Origin: an uncultured Rikenellaceae bacterium
GTDB taxonomy: Bacteria > Bacteroidota > Bacteroidia > Bacteroidales > VadinHA17
Reading direction: 5' to 3'
DNA length: 64,000 nt
NCBI GenBank assembly: GCA_964507015.1
Contig: CAZDOM010000007.1
Span: 1,812-65,811, forward strand
Shown in pieces: positions 47,252 to 56,118 of the stretch. A program made the translations under genes and the position numbers. Below the pieces are notes generated by a model, which made no database searches, was not told the DNA's origin, and was given only the letters and a program-made list of their open reading frames with translations. The first letter of the stretch is position 1; every line of letters starts with the position of its first letter.

Positions 47252-49012
47252 TTACTCTGTGATCCTGATAATATTCATTAATTCAGTTGCAGCCTCTTTG
47301 GGACCGGATGTCTCAAAGCCGGGTATTCCGAGTCTTGTTCTCATCTGACCTACATAGATACCCTTCTCATAGAAAATATTGAAGTACCTTGATGCTATTT
47401 CCTCATGTAATTCCCTGTATTCAGGCGGACCGAAAATATTTGCAAAATATGAATTTACAATACCACTGGTTGTGGTTGTTCCTTTGCTCATCACTGCTCC
47501 ATTTCTGAATACTTCAAGTGCCTCAGGAACGGTATTGAATTTTTCTATTACAGGATGTTCATCATCTATTTCCTCATAGTTATTCGCATACAGGATATAG
47601 TCGATCTTATGACCTTTGGTCACGTTTTGAAATGATGTGACAGGGATGACAATCCGGGAATTCACCTGGCTCGGGTTCATTATTATTGACCTGTCGAGAT
47701 GTCCGAAAGCATATCCTGGCTGCAGATCATCGAGTCTCAGAAAAGCTCCGGTTTCGGTACCATAACCAATTGGAGTACCACTATCATCAATTTCAATAGA
47801 GCCCATATCATCTGCAATAATTGTCATCTCACGAATATATTTCTCACCGAGGATACGGAATGCTTCAAGTGTTTCTGATTTACCTGCCCCGGTATCGCCA
47901 ATCATTAGAATAGTTGCTTCTTTATCGCCATGCAGAAGAATTCTGACCATTGCTCCATGGAAGGGCATTTTTCCTGATTTCATTACAATTGAATTGTGCA
48001 GTGTCAGGATCATCTTTTTCAGATACCCGAAATATCCGAATTCAGGTCTGCCGGGAGTTGCCCCGACAAATATTCCGTTTACATGATCTTCATAAAAGAC
48101 TGTTGGAAATTCTGCCAGACCATCAAGAACATCTTCCTGTACCCCATACAGGAAAAGAGCATCGGGCTGCCTCTTTAGATCAGCATCATCAGCAAGCTTG
48201 AAAAGATTACACATGGAAAGTCCCAGTTCAATGAATGTGAGATGAAAATAGACCATGATAAGCAGTTTTCCTGCTTTGACAGGATAACATAGCCAGTCGT
48301 CAGTTTTTAAGTCTACAAGGTCAACAGGATTTTGACTGATACGTTTAAAGTGCCCTGTTCTTTTATTCATAGGTTGTTGTATAACCAGCGGAGGATAAAT
48401 CAGGGCCTGGCGAATCACCTGGATATTATTCAGTTTAAGATATTTGCCATGAGGATATGGTATATTTTTTGGAAGTGAAATTACTGCCATTTCAGCACCT
48501 GCAGTAACCTGCCGGTAAACATTGGGGTGGCTGCCGGAGATATTTTCCTGAATATGCCGGTAAACTGTTCTGATCAGATGAGTGAGATGTTCAATAGTCT
48601 CGTTAAATGTACGATAGGGCCTTTTGTCAAGACGATCTCCTTCGGAATCATTTATTATAAAACGGTCAAAATGCCTCCAGTAATCATATAAGAATTCAAT
48701 AAAGTTATTCAATAGATGCAGATCTCTCAGGAAAGATCCCGATCTGTCAAAAATATGAGGTAATACCTTTGCTTCATACCTGTAGAGAAGGGTAAGTGTT
48801 CTGACTAGATCATCTACAGCAGGATTATTAATTTCCCCATCCCGGAATATCTGCAATAAAGGTGAGTCCCTGGTGCTAAGTTTCTCCAGGCAGTGATCAA
48901 GTACCATCCTGAACTTTTCACTTTCCAGTAATTCCTCAGCAGTCTCACACATCCTTTCACGATTGTTGAGGATTGCCTTATTTCCAATAATTCTTAAAGT
49001 GCTTTTTTGCAT
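47252..49012 (-). CDS. Protein of unknown function with a C-terminal PEPCK/HPr-kinase-like P-loop domain
   Basis: 586 aa. FHGAMVRILLHGDKEATILMIGDTGAGKSETLEAF...IADDMGSIEIDDSGTPIGYGTETGAFLRL resembles the HprK GxSGxGKSE / IADD motifs and the PEPCK kinase-1a / GDDEHGW...FEGGCYAK arrangement. The N-terminal ~330 aa is unrecognised. Confidence 0.6.
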   Translation of the reverse strand: MQKSTLRIIGNKAILNNRERMCETAEELLESEKFRMVLDHCLEKLSTRDSPLLQIFRDGEINNPAVDDLVRTLTLLYRYEAKVLPHIFDRSGSFLRDLHLLNNFIEFLYDYWRHFDRFIINDSEGDRLDKRPYRTFNETIEHLTHLIRTVYRHIQENISGSHPNVYRQVTAGAEMAVISLPKNIPYPHGKYLKLNNIQVIRQALIYPPLVIQQPMNKRTGHFKRISQNPVDLVDLKTDDWLCYPVKAGKLLIMVYFHLTFIELGLSMCNLFKLADDADLKRQPDALFLYGVQEDVLDGLAEFPTVFYEDHVNGIFVGATPGRPEFGYFGYLKKMILTLHNSIVMKSGKMPFHGAMVRILLHGDKEATILMIGDTGAGKSETLEAFRILGEKYIREMTIIADDMGSIEIDDSGTPIGYGTETGAFLRLDDLQPGYAFGHLDRSIIMNPSQVNSRIVIPVTSFQNVTKGHKIDYILYANNYEEIDDEHPVIEKFNTVPEALEVFRNGAVMSKGTTTTSGIVNSYFANIFGPPEYRELHEEIASRYFNIFYEKGIYVGQMRTRLGIPGFETSGPKEAATELMNIIRITE

Positions 49013-49165
49013 AATTTGTTAAAAATCCGGGCAAAATTATGATAATATTTAATTGACTTCTTATTTTTACTTAATTATTTGTCTGTTTTTCAAGAAATTT
49101 ATCAAATTACAAAGCAAAAGTTGTAATTACGTTGTTTATGTAAAAATATGTAACTTGCCGTGGTA

Positions 49166-49756
49166 ATGAAACCGGAACTTGATTTTTTTACAATATTACC
49201 TGAAGACAAAATACCGGCAAAAGGTAAAATCCTTATTTCCGAACCCTTTCTGCCTGATACTTTTTTTAACCGTACTGTAGTATATATGGCAGATCATAAT
49301 GCTGAAGGTTCTGTTGGTTTTATACTGAATAAAAAACTTGAGATCAAAGTATGTGATGCCATTTCTGGTTTTGAGGGATGGGATGAGTTTCTTAGTATGG
49401 GCGGCCCCGTTGCCCCTGATACACTTCATTATCTCCATAATCTTGGTGAACAGATCCCAAAAAGTGTGCTGGTTGATGAAAATATCTATTGGGGAGGCGA
49501 TATTGATGTAATAAAAGATCTTATAAGTTCAGGTGGCCTGGATAATACACAGATAAGGTTTTTCCTGGGTTATTCAGGATGGTCGGCAGGTCAGCTTGAG
49601 AAAGAACTTAAAGAGAACTCCTGGGTTATTGCAACGATCAATTCTGATATAGTCCTGAATGACCAGGTTGATGATGCATGGAAAAGGATACTGCGGGGAT
49701 TGAAAAAGAAATACCGTATGTGGGCTGACTTCCCGGATTCACCGGATATGAACTAA
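49166..49756 (+). CDS. YqgE/AlgH-family protein (UPF0301)
   Basis: ISEPFLPDTFFNRTVVYMADHNAEGSVGFILNK and GGPV...FLGYSGWSAGQLE blocks. ATG at 49166 preferred over the GTG at 49160. Confidence 0.8.
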   Translation: MKPELDFFTILPEDKIPAKGKILISEPFLPDTFFNRTVVYMADHNAEGSVGFILNKKLEIKVCDAISGFEGWDEFLSMGGPVAPDTLHYLHNLGEQIPKSVLVDENIYWGGDIDVIKDLISSGGLDNTQIRFFLGYSGWSAGQLEKELKENSWVIATINSDIVLNDQVDDAWKRILRGLKKKYRMWADFPDSPDMN

Positions 49757-49759
49757 AAC

Positions 49760-50770
49760 CTATAAATGCATTATCTTAAATACCAGTTCTTTAAGGATAT
49801 CTCCCGGTTCGCTGCTAAGATCACCAAAGCCTTTCGATTTCATATCATAGGTACGTAAAAGCGCAATAGCCTGTACCGTTTTAGCCAGAGTGTATTTTGA
49901 AGCTGAGAGTTCATAATCCTTTACAAAAAAGGGATTTATCCTGAGCGCGGCCGCTACATTGTTTTTTGATTTATCGGTAAGATTATGATATGTCAGTAAC
50001 CTGGTAAAAAAGCTGAATAACGATGCTATTGAAAAAGTTATTGGATTGTCTTTTTGGTTACTGGCAAAATGAAGAACAATCCTGTTGGCTTTCAGGATAT
50101 TTTTTTCACCTACAGCCTTTTGAAGCTCGAAATTATTATAGTCTTTACTAATCCCGATATTTTTTTCAATAAGTGAGGTTGTTATCACAGGCTTATCCCT
50201 GGGGAGAGTGATTAAAAGCTTATTGAGTTCATTTACAATCTTATGAAGATCAGTTCCCAGGTATTCCGTTAGCAGAGCACTGGCACTGGGATCGGTTTTG
50301 ATACCCTCCTTCATAAGGTATCTGTCAATCCAGGCAGGAACCTGATAATCCCTGAGTCTTGATGATTCAAAATAAACAGCATGTGTTGTAAGTGCCTTAT
50401 AGAATTTAGTTCTTTTATCCAGTGATTTGTATTTATAATTAATGACCAGTAAAGTTGACTCAAGTGGTTTTTCAAGATAGAAAAGGAGATCCTCAATTTT
50501 TTTAAGAGATTGTGCCTCTTTTACTATCACAACCTGATGACTTGACATCATTGGAAACTTCCGGGCTGTATCGATTATTGAAGCAACAGAAGTATCTTCT
50601 CCGTAAAGGATAACCTGGTTAAAAGACTTTTCTGCCTCAGGAAGGATCTTTTCTTCAATATAATCTGAAATAAGGTCAATATAATAAGGTTCTTCTCCGG
50701 CAAGGAAATAAACCGGTTTAAAGATCCTTTTTTTTAGGTCAGAAATTATCTCTTCATAGGTTACTGCCAT
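49760..50770 (-). CDS. holA: DNA polymerase III delta subunit
   Basis: 336 aa; KPVYFLAGEEPYYID N-terminus and overall delta-subunit length and helical C-terminus. Confidence 0.75.
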   Translation of the reverse strand: MAVTYEEIISDLKKRIFKPVYFLAGEEPYYIDLISDYIEEKILPEAEKSFNQVILYGEDTSVASIIDTARKFPMMSSHQVVIVKEAQSLKKIEDLLFYLEKPLESTLLVINYKYKSLDKRTKFYKALTTHAVYFESSRLRDYQVPAWIDRYLMKEGIKTDPSASALLTEYLGTDLHKIVNELNKLLITLPRDKPVITTSLIEKNIGISKDYNNFELQKAVGEKNILKANRIVLHFASNQKDNPITFSIASLFSFFTRLLTYHNLTDKSKNNVAAALRINPFFVKDYELSASKYTLAKTVQAIALLRTYDMKSKGFGDLSSEPGDILKELVFKIMHL

Positions 50771-50771
50771 A

Positions 50772-51542
50772 TTAAAATCTCAGATGTTTTACAGAAATCC
50801 CGTTATCCTTAATCTCTCTAAGGGCATCAATGCCGATCTTTAAGTGCATTTCAACATATTTATCAGTTACCTGGCGATCACTGTTAGCTGTTTTTATCCC
50901 TGTTGATATCATAGGCTGGTCTGAAACCAGAAGAAGTGCCCCGGTGGGTATTTCATTGGCAAATCCAACTGTGAATATGGTCGCTGTCTCCATATCAATT
51001 GCCATAGCTCGCGTTTTGACAAGATACTTTTTAAAGCGTGCATCATATTCCCATACCCTTCTGTTTGTAGTGTATATGGTGCCTGTCCAGTATTCTTTTT
51101 TATAGCGGATTATAGTTGTTGAAATTGCACTCTGTAGCTTGAAGGCAGGCAGGGCCGGTACCTCTACCGGAAGATAGTCATTGGATGTACCGTCACTCCT
51201 GATAGCAGCAATAGGGAGTATAAGATCACCAACCTTGTTCTTTTTTTTCAGTCCTCCGCATTTACCCAGGAAAAGAACTGCATTGGGATCCACAGCACTC
51301 AGAAGATCCATGATAGTTGCAGCATTGGGGCTCCCCATCCCAAAATATATCATAGTAATACCGTTGGCAGTAGCACTGGGCATATTCTTGTCTTTTCCTT
51401 CTATTTCAACATTATGCCATTTAGCGAAGAGTTCAACATAATAAATGAAATTAGTTAAGAGAAAATACTTCCCGAAGGTTCCCAGTTCTTTACCAGTATA
51501 TCTTGGAAGCCAGTTGGTGACAATATCATCTTTGGTTTTCAT
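50772..51542 (-). CDS. amn: AMP nucleosidase (short, catalytic-domain-only form)
   Basis: 256 aa; WLPRYTG, FGKYFLLTNFIYYVE, ITMIYFGMGSPNAATIMDLL, FLGKCGGLK, MLPIAAIR-type blocks (PNP/UDP fold, Amn subtype). Confidence 0.75.
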   Translation of the reverse strand: MKTKDDIVTNWLPRYTGKELGTFGKYFLLTNFIYYVELFAKWHNVEIEGKDKNMPSATANGITMIYFGMGSPNAATIMDLLSAVDPNAVLFLGKCGGLKKKNKVGDLILPIAAIRSDGTSNDYLPVEVPALPAFKLQSAISTTIIRYKKEYWTGTIYTTNRRVWEYDARFKKYLVKTRAMAIDMETATIFTVGFANEIPTGALLLVSDQPMISTGIKTANSDRQVTDKYVEMHLKIGIDALREIKDNGISVKHLRF

Positions 51543-51591
51543 GGTTATAATCTAATATTCCCTTTCTACAGATCAATTAATATTATCTCAA

Positions 51592-51599
51592 TATATTTG
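51592..51599 (+). promoter_or_regulatory. Bacteroidota -7 promoter box (TAnnTTTG)
   Basis: TATATTTG overlapping the TTG start at 51597 proposed by the ORF track, which argues for a downstream start. Confidence 0.45.
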
Positions 51600-51635
51600 T
51601 TATTATTTTTCTGGGATCAAAAGTACAAAACAAAG

Positions 51636-52094
51636 TTGAAAGAGTTAAATCTACCGGAATATTCATTCAGGATTATCAGGGAGGGAGGATCAGAAAAGAT
51701 CTTTGACTCTATAAGAAAGAAATATGTAAAGCATACTCCCGAGGAGAGGGTACGGCAGTATTTTGTCAGGTACCTGGTTAATGAGGGAAAATATCCTGAA
51801 GGGCTTATTGGTATAGAGGTTATGTCTGGGTACAATAAGCTTAGAAAAAGAGTCGATATCCTGGTTCATAACAGGAAGGGGCAGCCGGTAATGATCGTGG
51901 AGTGTAAAGCACCTTCAGTAACTCTTACCGAGGAAGTTTTTGATCAGGCAGTTTGCTATAACATGGGTTTTAAAGTCCCTTATCTTATCGTTACAAATGG
52001 CATTCATCACTTTGCCTGTAAGATTGACCATGAAAAGAACGATTTTGAATATCTGCTTGTAATCCCGCTTTATGATGAAATATCCGGATTATGA
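51636..52094 (+). CDS. HsdR N-terminal-domain (PD-(D/E)xK-like) small protein
   Basis: LNLPEYSFRI...IFDSIRKKYVKHTPEERVRQYFVRYL...DILVH...VMIVECKAP pattern of the widespread Bacteroidota HsdR_N family. TTG at 51636 is tentative; no in-frame ATG is nearby. Confidence 0.65.
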   Translation: MKELNLPEYSFRIIREGGSEKIFDSIRKKYVKHTPEERVRQYFVRYLVNEGKYPEGLIGIEVMSGYNKLRKRVDILVHNRKGQPVMIVECKAPSVTLTEEVFDQAVCYNMGFKVPYLIVTNGIHHFACKIDHEKNDFEYLLVIPLYDEISGL

Positions 52095-53089
52095 TCCTGG
52101 TTACATGTGCCATAATAAGAAATGAGGATAGCGATATCCTGGTTGTCCAAAGGGGAGAAAAGAGTGACCACCCTTTTAAGTGGGAATTCCCCGGGGGCAA
52201 GGTGCAAAATGGGGAGTCCGAAGAGGAGTCTGTTATCCGCGAAATTAAAGAGGAACTATCTATGGATATTATCATTTGCAGCAGGAATGAACCTGTTGAC
52301 CATGATTATGGCCATAAAAGGATTACCCTGATTCCTTTCATATGTGATACTCTTGATGAAATACCATTATTATCAGAACATTTGGATTTCAAATGGGTTT
52401 CAACGAAAGATCTGAAATCAGTAGATTTTTGTGAGGCGGATCTTTTTGTAGCTGAAGCATATCTTGCAAAAATTGCTGACATAGAGCCTGATGATAAATA
52501 TATTGAATGTGATGATCAACCGGAAAAGACAGACAGGGAGTTAAAGGAGATGATCAACAGGATGATGAGCCGCCAGGAGGCAGAATGGGTGGCAGCATCA
52601 GCAGTTGATAATCCTGAAATTTTTAACAAGTTGTTTGAGTATTCATTTCATAGTGACCGTAAACTTGCATTTCGCGCATCATGGACATTATCAAAAGCAT
52701 GTGATAATTACCCGGAGTTAATTTATCCTCATCTTACCAGAATGATTGAGGGACTTAAAGAAATTGATAATGAGAGTACTGAGAGATCTTTCCTGAGAAT
52801 ACTTACGATGACTGACCTGACGAAGATAGGTGAGCAATATCACGGGATCCTTGCAGACCATTGTTTTAATGCGCTCAGATCGGGTCTCTCTGCAATTGCG
52901 ATAAAAGCTTATTCAATGGAAATAATATACAGGCTTGCACTTATCTATCCTGACCTCGCACATGAGCTTTCCTCATCCATAAGCATGTTACAGGGAGATG
53001 GTGCAGCAGCCGGCATAGTTGCCAGAGGAACAATCATCCTTAAAAAACTTGCTGAAATCAGTACAGACGGAGAATCCAGTCAGTTATGA
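52091..53089 (+). CDS. Nudix (MutT-like) hydrolase fused to a HEAT/AlkD-like helical repeat domain
   Basis: Nudix box GGKVQNGESEEESVIREIKEELSMDI in the first ~125 aa. The C-terminal ~190 aa is all-helical repeat sequence (LAFRASWTLSKACDNYPELIYPHL...). ATGA overlap with the upstream gene. Confidence 0.75.
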   Translation: MILVTCAIIRNEDSDILVVQRGEKSDHPFKWEFPGGKVQNGESEEESVIREIKEELSMDIIICSRNEPVDHDYGHKRITLIPFICDTLDEIPLLSEHLDFKWVSTKDLKSVDFCEADLFVAEAYLAKIADIEPDDKYIECDDQPEKTDRELKEMINRMMSRQEAEWVAASAVDNPEIFNKLFEYSFHSDRKLAFRASWTLSKACDNYPELIYPHLTRMIEGLKEIDNESTERSFLRILTMTDLTKIGEQYHGILADHCFNALRSGLSAIAIKAYSMEIIYRLALIYPDLAHELSSSISMLQGDGAAAGIVARGTIILKKLAEISTDGESSQL

Positions 53090-53151
53090 TCTTAAGGACT
53101 TCAACTCTTCAACTTATTTTTTACTTTTACAAGTCTTTAATTTTATTTCAA

Positions 53152-53766
53152 ATGCGTATAGTAGACACCAGAGGCCAACAGTGTCCGGTACCTATTCTGG
53201 CAACAAAAAAAGCCTTAAAGGAGGCGAAAACCGGTGAATCATTCGAGGTTCTGACCGATAATCAGACATCGTTCAACAATCTTACTCGTTTCCTGAAGGA
53301 AAATAAGATTCAATTTTTAACTGTAGCATCTGATGGTGTCTGGACTTTTACAATTAAGAAAGGAAGTGATGAGATTACTATGAAAGAACCATCAGAATAT
53401 TGCACAACTGATATACCTCATTTTTCACAGGGAGATTTTGTGATTGCAATATCATCTGACAGAATGGGATCCGGTGATCAACAACTGGGTGATTTGTTGA
53501 TGACAAATTTCATTAAGGCTATAAAGGATCTTGATATTTTACCCGGGAAGATACTGTTTTATAACCGTGGTGTAATGCTTGGTAAGGACGATTCCTCTGT
53601 AATTGGGGATCTTAAGGAGCTGGAAAAAATGGGAGTGAGGTTGTTGTTGTGTGCAACATGTATTGAATATTATTCTCTGAATGACCAGATAAATGTTGGT
53701 ACACTTAGTAACATGTACGAAATAACCCAGTCGATGGCTTCGGCCACTAATGTAGTAAAGCCCTGA
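53152..53766 (+). CDS. yedF: YedF-type selenium-metabolism protein (TusA-like N-domain plus DsrE-like C-domain)
   Basis: MRIVDTRGQQCPVPILATKKAL (CPxP TusA motif), then a second domain ending LLLCATCIEYY. Directly upstream of selD. Start moved from 53086 to the Met preceding the TusA motif. Confidence 0.75.
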   Translation: MRIVDTRGQQCPVPILATKKALKEAKTGESFEVLTDNQTSFNNLTRFLKENKIQFLTVASDGVWTFTIKKGSDEITMKEPSEYCTTDIPHFSQGDFVIAISSDRMGSGDQQLGDLLMTNFIKAIKDLDILPGKILFYNRGVMLGKDDSSVIGDLKELEKMGVRLLLCATCIEYYSLNDQINVGTLSNMYEITQSMASATNVVKP

Positions 53767-53777
53767 AAAACAAGGAT

Positions 53778-54821
53778 ATGAAATCTATTGATCTGCTTCA
53801 AATGGTTGAAAGCGGAGGATGTTCATCAAAAATCCCTCCCGCACAGCTTGAGGAGATACTCCGATACCTTCCACTACCTGATGATCCTGATATCCTTGTC
53901 AGTATTGATACACAAGATGATGCCGGAGTATATAAAGTAAATGAAGAACTTGCACTGGTATTTACCACCGATTTCTTTCCCCCTGTTTGCAGTGATCCTT
54001 ATGAATTCGGACAGATTGCGGCAGCAAATTCTATCAGCGATGTGTATGCGATGGGTGGAACACCTGTAATAGCATTGAATATAATGATGTTCCCGGCTGC
54101 AAAACTACCTGTTGAGGCATACAGAGAGATACTGAAAGGAGGTGCTGACATAGCATCCCGGGCAGGTGTGAAGATCATTGGCGGACATTCTATTGATGAC
54201 TATCCTCCTAAATACGGAATGGCAGTGGTAGGATACATTCATCCACGGGAAATCATAACAAATGCCGGTGCCCGGCCCGGTAATATACTCATACTTACAA
54301 AACCTCTGGGTACGGGTATTATCCTTGCCGGACAACGACTGGAATTAACTTCTGAAGATGATGTAAACCAGGTAAAAGCTGTTATGAAACTCCTTAATAA
54401 ATCTGGTGCGGAGGTAATGAGAAAATTCGGGGTACGTGCAGCTACTGATATTACAGGTTTTGGACTTGCCGGACATACTCTTAAGATGGCAAGGGCAAGT
54501 AGTGTATCAATTACACTTAATCTTAAAACCCTGCCACTTATCAGTAATACATATTCAATTACAGATCAGGGTTGTATCCCCGGAGCTGCATTCAGAAACC
54601 TGGAATACGTTGAGAACGATGCCCATTTTGACAATGATCTTGATTATAACCTGAAGATGATAGCTTTTGATGCGCAGACTTCAGGGGGATTACTGATGGC
54701 AGTGCAGCCGGAAAAATCAGATGAAGTAATCTCTGAACTTCATAAAAAAGGTCTTAAGGCATCAACCAAAATAGGTTTTGTGACAGAAAAACACGAGAAA
54801 TATCTATATCTGGAAGATTAA
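53778..54821 (+). CDS. selD: Selenide, water dikinase (selenophosphate synthetase), Cys form
   Basis: N-terminal loop SGGCSSKIP (Cys three residues before Lys, as in E. coli GCGCK), DDAGVY, ISDVYAMGG, GGHSIDD, ATDITGFGLAGH blocks. Confidence 0.9.
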   Translation: MKSIDLLQMVESGGCSSKIPPAQLEEILRYLPLPDDPDILVSIDTQDDAGVYKVNEELALVFTTDFFPPVCSDPYEFGQIAAANSISDVYAMGGTPVIALNIMMFPAAKLPVEAYREILKGGADIASRAGVKIIGGHSIDDYPPKYGMAVVGYIHPREIITNAGARPGNILILTKPLGTGIILAGQRLELTSEDDVNQVKAVMKLLNKSGAEVMRKFGVRAATDITGFGLAGHTLKMARASSVSITLNLKTLPLISNTYSITDQGCIPGAAFRNLEYVENDAHFDNDLDYNLKMIAFDAQTSGGLLMAVQPEKSDEVISELHKKGLKASTKIGFVTEKHEKYLYLED

Positions 54822-54888
54822 TCGCAGATGTTCTAAAATTACATAAGGGTAAAACCATTTTAAATGGTCATTATTTAAAACCTTAACC

Positions 54889-55923
54889 ATGAAAAGGATT
54901 ATCATTTTCATTTTTTTAGCAGGCTTAATAGTAATAAGCTGCAGAAAAGAGTATAACAACCGGCCGACAGAAGAGATGTTGAATGTCAGAGGTTATACAA
55001 ACTGGTACATAGATGATTTCAGATGCGGACTTTTTGTTCCGCCTTCATATGACAGCGCCAGAGAATATCCGCTGATTATATTTCTTCACGGGTATTCCGA
55101 TACAACAACATGGGATCTTGGCTGGTATAATGAGCCTTTTGTCACGGATGATCCCTGTATTGTGCTGACTCCCAAGTGTCCAAAAAAGCAGAGAGCAGGC
55201 TGGGGTGACAGTTTTGACCCGGGAACCAGTCCCATGATGGCTAAAGCATATGAAATGATGGAAATGGCAGAAGAAGTTTTTAACCTTGATAAAGATAGAT
55301 ACTATATCTACGGAAGTTCGATGGGAGGATACGGAACATACGGGGCAATAAAAAAAAATCCGGATATGTTCGCAGCAGCTTATGTTGAATGCGGAAATGC
55401 ATCTCTTGATATTGCTCCGATAATAGCAAAAATGCCGTTCTGGATGTTTCATGGCTCGAATGATTCAATCGTTCCTGTTCAGCCGACGCGGAATCTCTAC
55501 CAGGCTGTTATTGATGAAGGAGGAACAATGATTCGATATACTGAATATCCCGGAGTCGGACATAACGTATGGGATTATACCGGTAAGGAGACGACGCTTC
55601 CATACTGGCTACTTGCTCAGAGAAGAGGTTCGGTTCATTTTTCTCCTGAGGCAATTGCCGGTTTTAATGCTGAACTAACACCGGAGAATAAGGTCAGCCT
55701 GAACTGGGATCTGCCGTCAGAAGCTGCTGAGGATAACACGATCTGGTATTGCAAAATTTACCGGGATGATACAGTAGTCAGGGAAGTATATAATGACAGC
55801 AATCATTATGTTGATTCAACTGCACTCGAACCCGGCGACTATGTTTACGGAATCACTGGTGTGAATTATTATTACAGGGAATCTGTACATTCGCGACAGG
55901 TGACTATTGCAATTGGGAAATAG
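54889..55923 (+). CDS. Alpha/beta-hydrolase esterase lipoprotein with a C-terminal Ig/Fn3-like domain
   Basis: Lipobox LIVISC; PLIIFLHGYSD, nucleophile elbow GSSMGGYG, FHGSNDSIVP, GVGHNVW. C-terminal ~100 aa is beta-rich. Confidence 0.7.
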   Translation: MKRIIIFIFLAGLIVISCRKEYNNRPTEEMLNVRGYTNWYIDDFRCGLFVPPSYDSAREYPLIIFLHGYSDTTTWDLGWYNEPFVTDDPCIVLTPKCPKKQRAGWGDSFDPGTSPMMAKAYEMMEMAEEVFNLDKDRYYIYGSSMGGYGTYGAIKKNPDMFAAAYVECGNASLDIAPIIAKMPFWMFHGSNDSIVPVQPTRNLYQAVIDEGGTMIRYTEYPGVGHNVWDYTGKETTLPYWLLAQRRGSVHFSPEAIAGFNAELTPENKVSLNWDLPSEAAEDNTIWYCKIYRDDTVVREVYNDSNHYVDSTALEPGDYVYGITGVNYYYRESVHSRQVTIAIGK

Positions 55924-56034
55924 ATCACTCTATCTGCTGATACCTGAAATTCTTATATGCTCAGTTAAATTTGTAACAATAACGTAACAAATAATAGTTA
56001 TAATATCAGACAAGAGTACCTAATTTAACACTCG

Positions 56035-56042
56035 TAATTTTG
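56035..56042 (+). promoter_or_regulatory. Bacteroidota -7 promoter box (TAnnTTTG) upstream of the PiT gene
   Basis: TAATTTTG, 77 nt upstream of the ATG at 56119. A second match, TAAATTTG, lies about 70 nt further upstream. Confidence 0.4.
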
Positions 56043-56118
56043 TATGTAGTATCTTCTATATTGTTGAAGATGAGCATTTAGAGGCATTATTGCCACGGAT
56101 TCTTGTTCTTGTCTGAGA

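Noticed and set aside
53086-53151. Long yedF start overlapping the Nudix gene stop
   Set aside because: The extension (MILRTSTLQLIFYFYKSLILFQ) is AT-rich spacer translation. TusA-like proteins begin a few residues before the CPxP motif, as with the Met at 53152.
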